From the NCBI RefSeq assembly GCF_009914755.1, contig NC_060948.1: a stretch of 64,000 bases of DNA; one strand, given 5' to 3'. The notes below the pieces were generated by a model that was not told the DNA's origin, did no database searches, and saw only the letters and a list, made by a program, of their open reading frames with translations. A program made the position numbers and the translations under genes. Positions 55,701 through 64,000 of this stretch are shown here, one piece after another (position 1 is the first letter of the stretch; every line of letters begins with the position of its first letter). This stretch comes from the human T2T-CHM13v2.0 reference genome, Homo sapiens.

Positions 55701-58700
55701 CAAACAACTCCACTCCTCTCCATTCCACTGCATTCCATTCCACTCCAATTCATTACATTCCATTCTACTCCAATCCATTCCATTCCATTCTTTATTTCGA
55801 CTGAATCTCACAGTGTCTCCCCAAGTGGAGTGCCATAGCCCGATCTTAGCTCACATTTCATTAACCATTCGATTGCATTCCATTCCATTCCATTCAATTT
55901 CGTTCAATTCCATTCCATTGTATTTCATTCCGTTCCATTGCACTCTCTTTCACTGCTCTGAACTACACTCCACTCCGTTTTATTCTTTTCCATCCCGTTC
56001 TATTCCATTACATTAAATACCTCTCTACTCCACTCCATTCCATTCCATTCCACTTCATCCCAATCCAATCCACTCCACTTCACTCCATTCCCCTCAACTC
56101 CACTCCATTCCATTCCATTCCATTCCATTCCGTTCCATTCCACTCCATTCCATTCCTTTCCAATGCAGACCATTCTATTCCACTCTACTCCATTCCATTC
56201 CTTTTTTTTCTATGGGTTCTCATTCTGTCACCAAGATAGGAGTGCGGTGGCCTTCATCAACTATTCCATTCCATTCCATTCCATTCCATTCCATTCCATT
56301 CCATTCCATTCCATTCCATTCCATGCTGTTGCATTCCCTTCCATTCCGTTGCACTCCGATCCACTCCATTCAAATCCACGCCACTCTTCTCCATTCCGTT
56401 CCATTCCGTTCCATTCCATTGTCTTCTATTCCATTCCACTCCACACCATTCCATTCCACTCTATTCTTCTGCATTTCACTGCATTCCACTTCATTCCACC
56501 CCACTCCACACCACTACACTCCATTCCATTGCATTCAATTCCCCTTCACTCCAATCTACTCCACTCAACTTCACTACACTCCACTCCATTCCATTGCATT
56601 CCATTCTTTACCATTCCACTCTATTCCATTTCACCCTTCTCCATTCTACTCCACTCCATTCCAATCCATTCTTCTCCGTTCCATTCCTTTATTTTGACGG
56701 GATCTCACTCTGTCACCCAGACAGGAATGCAGTGGCCCAATGTTAGCTCACATTTCATTTCACCAATCCATTCTATCTCATTGAATACCACACCATTCCA
56801 TTGCACTCCACTCCATTCCATTCTACTGCACTCCACGCCACTCCTCTCCAATCCATTCCACTCCACTCTACTGCAATCCACTCCACTCCACTGCACTCCA
56901 CTCCACTCCATTCCATTCCATTTCATTCCACTACTCTCTGATCCACCGCACTCAACTTTACTCCCCTCCACTCCACTGTGTTCCATTCCGTTCCCCACGA
57001 CTCCATTCCATTCCACTCCACTCCACTACACTCCATTCCATTCCACTCCAGTCCACTCCACTGCATTCAGTTCCATTCCATTCCGTTCCACTGTACTCCG
57101 GTCCACTCCACTCAACTCCATGCCACTCCATTCCGTTTCTTTCCATTCCTTTGCATTACATTCCATTCCGATTCATTCCATTCCACTTCACTCCATTCCA
57201 CTCCATTCCTTTTCACTGCATTCCACTCCTTTCCACTCCATTGCACTTCATTTCTCTCCATTCCATTTCATTCCCCTCCACTCCACTCCATTACATTCCC
57301 CTCCATTCTATTCCACTCCACTCCATCACCTCCAATCCACTCCACTCACTCCACTCCATTCTGTTCCACTCCACTCCATTCCAATCCATTCCATTCAATT
57401 ACTCTGCTTTCCATTCCATTCCATTACACTACATTCCATTCCATTCCACGCCACTCCATTCCACTTCATTCCACTCCATTCCACTTCACTCCACTCCATT
57501 CCACTCAATTCCATTGCATTCCACTCCACTCCACTCCATTCGATATCATGCAACTCCGTTTCATTATATTCCTTCATTTCGACTGGATCTCACTTTGTCA
57601 CCAGACTGAAGTGCAGTGGCGGAATCTTAGCTCACATTTCTATTCACCATTCCATTACATTCCAGTCCATTTCAGTGCATTCCATTCTACAATATTCCAT
57701 TCAATTCCACTGCACTTCGATCCACTCCACTCAACTGTGCTCCAGTCCATTCCATTCCATTCCATTCCATTCCACTCCATTCGATTACACTACATTCTCT
57801 TCCATTCCTTTTCATTTCACTCCACTGTATTCCCCTCCACTCCATTCCACTCCACTCCACTGCACTCCATGCCATTCCTTTCCATTCCACTCCTTTTCAT
57901 GATTTTCCATTCCACTCCATTCCACTCTATTCCACTCCTCTCGATTCCACTCGAATCCAGTCAACTCCACTCCTCTCAATTCCACTGCATTCCATTCCAC
58001 TCCAATCCATTACATTCCACTATACTGTATTACATTCTATTACTTTATATCGAGTGATTCTCACTCTGTCACCCATACTGGAGTGCTGTGTCCAATCTTA
58101 GCTCACATTTCCTTAACCATTCAATTGCATTCCATTCCATTCCATTCCATTTCATACCATTCCACTGCATTCCATTCCATTCCACTGCATTCCTACCCAC
58201 TCCACTGAATTCGACTCCACTCCACTCCAGTCCACTGCACTCCATTCTATTCTGTTCCATTCTGTTCCATTCCGTTATGTTCCATTCCACTCCACTCCAT
58301 TCTATTCCATTCCCATCTATTCCATTCCATTCCATTCCATTCCATTCCATTCCATTCCATTCCATTCCATTCCATTCCAATGCACACCATTACATTCCAT
58401 TCTACTCCATTCCATTCCAGTCTTTTATTTCGACGGGATCTCTCTCTGTCCCCAAGACAGGAGTGCAGTGGCCCAATCTTAGCTCTCATTTCATTAACCA
58501 TTCCATTCTATTCCATTCCTTTCCTTTGCATTCCTTTCCATTCCATTCTTTTGCATTATCTTCCATTCCACAGCACTCCTATCTACTCCATTCAACTCCA
58601 CTCCTCTCTTCTCTACTCTGTTCCGTTCCTTTCCACTTCATTCCATTCCATCCCATTCTACTCCATTCCATTCCATTCCATTCCACTCGACTCCATTCCA

Positions 58701-60614
58701 TTCCACTCCATTCCTCTCAATTTCACCCCATTCCACTTCATTCCACTCCACTCCCCTCCACTCCATTCCATTCCACTCCATTCCATTCCCCAGCACTCCA
58801 ATCCACTGCACTCAACTTCACTCCATGCCACTCCATTCCACTACATTCTATTCTACTCCATTCCACTCCACTCCATTCCATTCCACTCCATTTCACTCCA
58901 CTTCAATCCATTCCACTCTTCTCTACTCCACTTCATTAGATTCTATTCCACTCCACTCCACTCCACTCCATTCCATTCCATTCCACTCCATTGCATTCCA
59001 CTCTACTCCATTCCACTCCACTCCTTTCCATTACATTCTATTCCATGCTGTTCCATTCCTTAATTTCGATTGGATCTCACACTGTCACCCAGACTGGAGT
59101 GCTGCAGCAAAATCTCAGTTCAAATTTCATTTCACCATTCCATTGCATTCCAATCCATTCCACTCCACTCCACTCCACTGCATTTCATTCCACTCCACTC
59201 CACTCCATTCCATTCCATTCCATTTTACTGCACTCCAATCCAATCCACTGAACTCCACTCCACTCCATGGCACTCCACTCCGTTCCTTTCCCTTCTGTTC
59301 CACTCCATTCCATTCTACACCATTGCATTCCATTCCTTTATTTTCAGTGGATCTCACTCTGTCACTCAGAATGAATTGCAGTGCCCCAATTTTAGCTCAC
59401 ATTTCATTCACCATTCAATTCCATTCCGTTCCATACAATTCCTTTGAATTCCATTCATTCCACTGAATTCTCATACAGTCCAATCACCTCCACTCCACTC
59501 CTCTCTGTTCCATTCCTTTCTGCTCCATTCACTTCCATTCTTTTCCATTCCATTCCACTCCAATGCATTCCATTCCACTCCATTGCACTACAGTCCACTC
59601 CAGTCCACTCCACTGCACTCCATTCCATTCCATTCAACTACATTTTGATTCACTCTCTTCAACTTTACTACACTACTCTCCACTCCACCCAAATCCACTC
59701 CATTCCCTCCACTCCACTAAAGTCTACTTCATTCAACCGCAGTCCACTCCATTCCATTCCTTTCCATTCCATTCTATTCCATTCCACTCCCCTGCAGTCC
59801 TCTCCACTCAATTCCCTTCCATTCCACTACAGTCCCCTCCTTTCCATTCCACAGCACACCAATCCCCTCCACTCAACTCTTCTCCACTCCACTTTGCTCT
59901 ACTCACTTCTGTTACTTTCCATTCCATTACATTCCATTCTTTCCATTACACCAGTCCATTCCACTGCATTCCATTCCATTCCATTCCATTCCACTGCACT
60001 CCGATCCACTCCACTCAACACCATGACACTCCATTCCACTTGAATCCATTACGCTCTGTTCCATACTATTCCATTACATACCATTCCATTCCACTGCACT
60101 CCATTCTAGTCCACTCAACTCCATTCCAATCCATTCCACGCAATTCCACTCCATTACTTTCCATTCCATTCCACACCATTCCACTCCATTCCATTCCACC
60201 CTATTCCAATCTATTCCACTCCCATCCATTCCACTCCACTCCACTCAATTCCACTCAAGTCCACTCCATTGCATTCCATTCCTTTCCATTTGACTCCACT
60301 GCATTCCGATCCACTCCACTCAACTTCAATCCATTCTACTCCACTCCACTCTGTTCCATTTGATTCCATTCCATTCAGTTCCATTCCATTCCATTCCATT
60401 CCATTCCATTCCATTCCATTTCATTCCATTTAACTCGAATCCATTCCATTCTGATCCATTCCATTCCACTCCACTCCACTGTACTCCACTGCATGCCATT
60501 CCATTACATTCAATTCCATTCCAATGCATTCTGAGCCACTCCACTCCACTCCACTCCACTCCATTCCATTCCTTTCCCTTCCATTCCGTTCCTTTCCATT
60601 CCTTTCCACTGCAT

Positions 60615-61036
60615 TCCATTCCACTCCACTCCATTCCACTCCATTCCATTTCACTACATTCCATTCCATTCCACTCCACTCCATAGGACTCCACTCCTTC
60701 TATTCCATTCCAATCCACTCCATTCCATTCCATTCCAATCCAATCCACTCCATTCCGCTCCAGTCCATTCCAATCCACTCCGTTCCTCTCCAATCCACTC
60801 CAATCCACTCCATTCACTTCCATTCCACTCCACTCCATTCAACTCCATTCCATTTCACTACATTCCATTCCATTCCACTCCACTCCATAGGACTCCACTC
60901 CTTCTATTCCATTCCAATCCACTCCATTCCATTCCATTCCAATCCAATCCACTCCATTCCGCTCCAGTCCATTCCAATCCACTCCGTTCCTCTCCAATCC
61001 ACTCCAATCCACTCCATTCACTTCCATTCCACTCCA
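60615..61036 (+). repeat. Near-perfect 204-bp tandem duplication
   Basis: ATAGGACTCCACTCCTTCTATTCC at 60683/60887. The two units are essentially identical. Confidence 0.92.
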
Positions 61037-64000
61037 TTTCATTCCATTCCATTACACTGTACTCAACTCCACTCCAGTCCACTCCACTCCTTTCCACTCC
61101 GCTCTACTCCGTTAGAATCCATCCAATTCCACTCCACTCCATTCCATTCCATTCTACTTCATTCCATTCAATTGCTTTATTTCAACTGTTTCTCACTCTG
61201 TCAAAAGAGTGGAGTGCTGTGGCACAATCTTAGCTCAGATTTCATTTCACCATTCCATTCCATTCTATTCCATTCCATTCCATTCTATTCCTTTCCATTC
61301 AATTCAATTCCATTGCATTCCACACAACTCCACTCAAGTCCAGCCTACTCCACTCCACTTCATCCCACTCCACTCCATTCCTTTCCATTCCACACCACTG
61401 CATTCCATTCCATTTCACTCCATTCTAATCCATTCCATTCCATTCCACTGCACTCCGATCCACTCCACTGAAATCGAAACCACTCCACTCCACTACATTC
61501 TATTCCATTCCTTTCCGTTATGTTCACTTCCACTCCATTCCTTTCCACTTCATTGCATTCCACTCCATTTCACGCCATTCTACTCCATTCCACTCCAACT
61601 CCAGTCGAACCCACTCCATTGCATTCAAATCCATTCCATTCAATTCCACTCCTTTCCATTCCTATCCATTCCACTCCATTCCACTCCACTCCATTCCGTT
61701 ACAATACATTCCACTACATTCCATTAAAATCCACTCCATTTCATTCCATTCCACTCCAGTCCACTTTATTCCACTCCACTCCATACCACTCCACTCCATT
61801 CCTCTTAACTCCACTCCGTTCCTCTCCACTCCACTCCATACCACTCCGTTCCAGTCCACTCCATTCCATTTCATTCCATTCTATTCCATTCCATTGAATT
61901 CCTTTATTTCGACAGGATCTCACTCTCTCACCCATACTGGAGTGCAGTAGCACAATCTTAGCTCACATTTCATTTCACTATTTCATTCCTTTCCATTCCT
62001 TTGGATTTCATTCCATTCCACTCTATTCTACTTCACTCCACTTCACTCCATTCCATTCCATGCTGTTCCATTCCATTCAGTTCCATTTCATTTCACTGCA
62101 CTCCAATCCATTCTACTCAACTCCATTACACTCCACCACACTCCACTCTGTTCCTTTCTGTTGTGTTCTGATATGATCCCTTCTATTCCTATCTGTCCCA
62201 TTCCACTCCACTCCATTCAACTGCAATCCAATCCACTCAACTCCACTACATTCCACTCCACTCCATTCAATTCCACTCCATTCCACTTCACGATACTCTA
62301 TTCCACTCCACTCCACTCCATTCCATTCCATTCCATTCCATACTACGTGATTCCATTCCATTCCTTTATTTCTACTGGATATCTCTCTGTCACCCATACT
62401 GGAGTACATTGGCACAATCTTAACTAATAATTCATTCCACCATTCCATTTCACTTCATTCCATTCCATTCTATTCCACTCCACTGCACTCGCCTCCACTC
62501 TACTCCACCACCTGTTACATTCCATTCCACTCCATTCCATTCCATTCCATTTCATGTCATTCCATACCATTCCATTCCATTCCATTCCATTTCACTGCAC
62601 TCCAATCCACTCCACTCAACTCCACTCCACTCCCTTCCATTCCACTCCACTCCGTTCTATTCCTTTGCTTTCCATTCCATTCCATTCCATTCCGTTCCAT
62701 TCCTTTCCCTTCTATTCCATTCCATTCCATTCAACTCCACTGAATTCAATTCCACTCCATTCCACTTCATTCCATTCCACTCGTCTCCATTCCCTTCCAC
62801 TCCATTCCTTTCCATTGCACTCTAATCCACTCCATTCCATTCCATTCCATAACACTCCACTGCATTCAATTCCATTCAACTCCATCCCATTCCATTCCAC
62901 CCCATTCCATTCCATTCCTCTCCATTCCACACCAATCCACTCCACTCAACCCCAATCCACTCCACTCAACTCCTCTCCATTCCACTCGACTCCACTCCAC
63001 TCCTCTTTGTTCCATTCCACTCCACTCCATTCCATTCCACCCCATCCCATTCCAAACTACTCCACTCCATTCCACTCCACCATACTCCATACCGTTCCAC
63101 CTCATTCTACTCCATTCCTTTCCATTCCATCCCATTTCATTCCATTCCACTGAATTCCATTCCACTTCAATCCACTCTACTCAAATCCACTCCAGTCCAA
63201 TCCACTCCACTCTATTCCATTCCATTCCATTCCTTTTCATTCCTTTCCATTCCATCCCATTCCATTCCATTCAACTCCACTCCATTCCATACCACTACAT
63301 TAAACTCCATTCCACTCCACTCAACTCTACTCCACTCCACTCCATTGCATTCCATTTCATTCCACTGAACTCCGGTGTAATCGACTCAAATCCACGCCAC
63401 TCCACTACATTCCATTCTGCTCCGTTCCATTCCGTTCTGTTCCGTTCCATTCCAGTCCAGTCGATTCCATTCCACTCCTCTCCATTCCACTGAACTCCAC
63501 CCCACCCCTCTCCACTCCATTCTATTTCACTCCAAACCTTTTCATTTCATTCTATATCATTCCATTCCATTCCACTGCAATCCGATCCACTCAACTCAAC
63601 CCCACGTTATTCCAATCCACTCTACTCCATTCCATTCTACTCTATTCCATTCCACTATACTGCACTCCATTCCATTTCATGGCTTTCCTTTCCCTTCCAT
63701 TTCACTACACTCCGTCCACTCCACTAAATTCCACTCCACTCCACTCCTTTCCATTCCATTCCATTCTGCACCTTTCCATTAAATTCCTTTCTGTTCCATT
63801 CCATTCCTTTTCACTCCACTCAATTACATTCCACTCCATTGCATTCCATTCCACTCTACTCCACTCCGTTGCATTCGGTTCGATTCCGTTCCATTCCACT
63901 CCACTCCATTCCGTTCCACTCCACTCAATTCGACTCTGCTCCACCACACCCCTCTCCACTCCATTCCATTTCACTCCAATCATTCTCACTTCATTCCATA

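Larger units (their letters stand above)
39828..62441 (-). mobile_element. Domain A3: ~37 Alu 3'-end cassettes, variant A
   Basis: Starts at about 39828, 40562, 41127, 41652, 41963, 42686, 43147, 43543, 44009, 44351, 45706, 47296, 48759, 49229, 49605, 50120, 50511, 50901, 51447, 51809, 52436, 52886, 53005, 53377, 54004, 55361, 55790, 56201, 56687, 57572, 58043, 58423, 59058, 59336, 61175, 61902 and 62364. Confidence 0.85.
1..64000 (+). repeat. Satellite III / HSat3-type (CATTC)n-(CACTC)n diverged pentamer array with interspersed Alu-derived cassettes
   Basis: Continuous 5-bp periodicity dominated by CCATT and CCACT with single-base variants (CTATT, GCATT, CAATT, CCGTT). The + strand is nearly devoid of G outside the cassettes. 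Embedded Alu sequence implies a primate genome. It lacks the regular CATTCGATTC/GATGATTC pattern typical of HSat2. Confidence 0.95.

Noticed and set aside
1-62441. CRISPR-like repeat-spacer appearance of the cassettes
   Set aside because: The repeats are ~77-bp diverged Alu fragments, the spacers are satellite of highly variable length rather than unique sequence, there are no cas genes, and the DNA is primate.
1-62441. Active or full-length Alu, or 7SL ncRNA genes
   Set aside because: Only the terminal ~55-60 nt are present. The left arm and Pol III A/B boxes are missing, and no individual target-site duplications were recognised.
238-63989. Hundreds of ORFs up to ~670 aa (HSIPF/HSTPL and MEWNG/VEWSG repeats)
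   Set aside because: These are the direct translation of CATTC/CACTC and GGAAT/GGAGT pentamers, which lack stop codons. They overlap in all frames on both strands and have no non-repetitive domain.
1-64000. HSat2, DYZ1-like regular 3.5-kb repeat, alpha satellite or CENP-B boxes
   Set aside because: CATTCGATTC occurs only sporadically. There is no homogeneous multi-kb period, no 171-bp monomer and no TTCGTTGGAA..CGGGA motif was seen.
1-64000. Inversion or strand switch in the array
   Set aside because: The + strand stays C/T-rich and all cassettes keep the same orientation; no GGAAT runs were found on +.
1-64000. Assignment to a specific chromosome, species or named HSat3 subfamily
   Set aside because: This cannot be supported without alignment to T2T assemblies.

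Overview
The whole 64-kb window is primate (human-like) classical satellite III / HSat3-type DNA. It consists of diverged CATTC/CACTC pentamers (GGAAT/GGAGT on the minus strand) in one orientation throughout. There are no genes; every ORF in the track is a pentamer-translation artefact. The array is punctuated by about 120 (hand count) copies of a ~77-bp non-satellite cassette. Each cassette is the last ~55-60 nt of an Alu right arm plus a remnant A-rich tail, on the minus strand, and it was amplified together with the satellite. Used as landmarks, the cassettes reveal two sequence variants that occupy alternating domains (A ~1-9.2 kb, B ~9.3-12 kb, A ~12.8-21.2 kb, B ~21.5-39.6 kb, A ~39.7-64 kb). 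They also reveal nested duplications: 31 bp inside the cassette, 0.1-0.9-kb local, 2-3-kb multi-cassette units and blocks 10-25 kb apart. The A variant carries AATAAA on the G-rich strand, while the B variant carries a Yn-CAG|G acceptor-like site on the C-rich strand. No novel coding system is supported. Coordinates were read by eye and may be off by a few bp.
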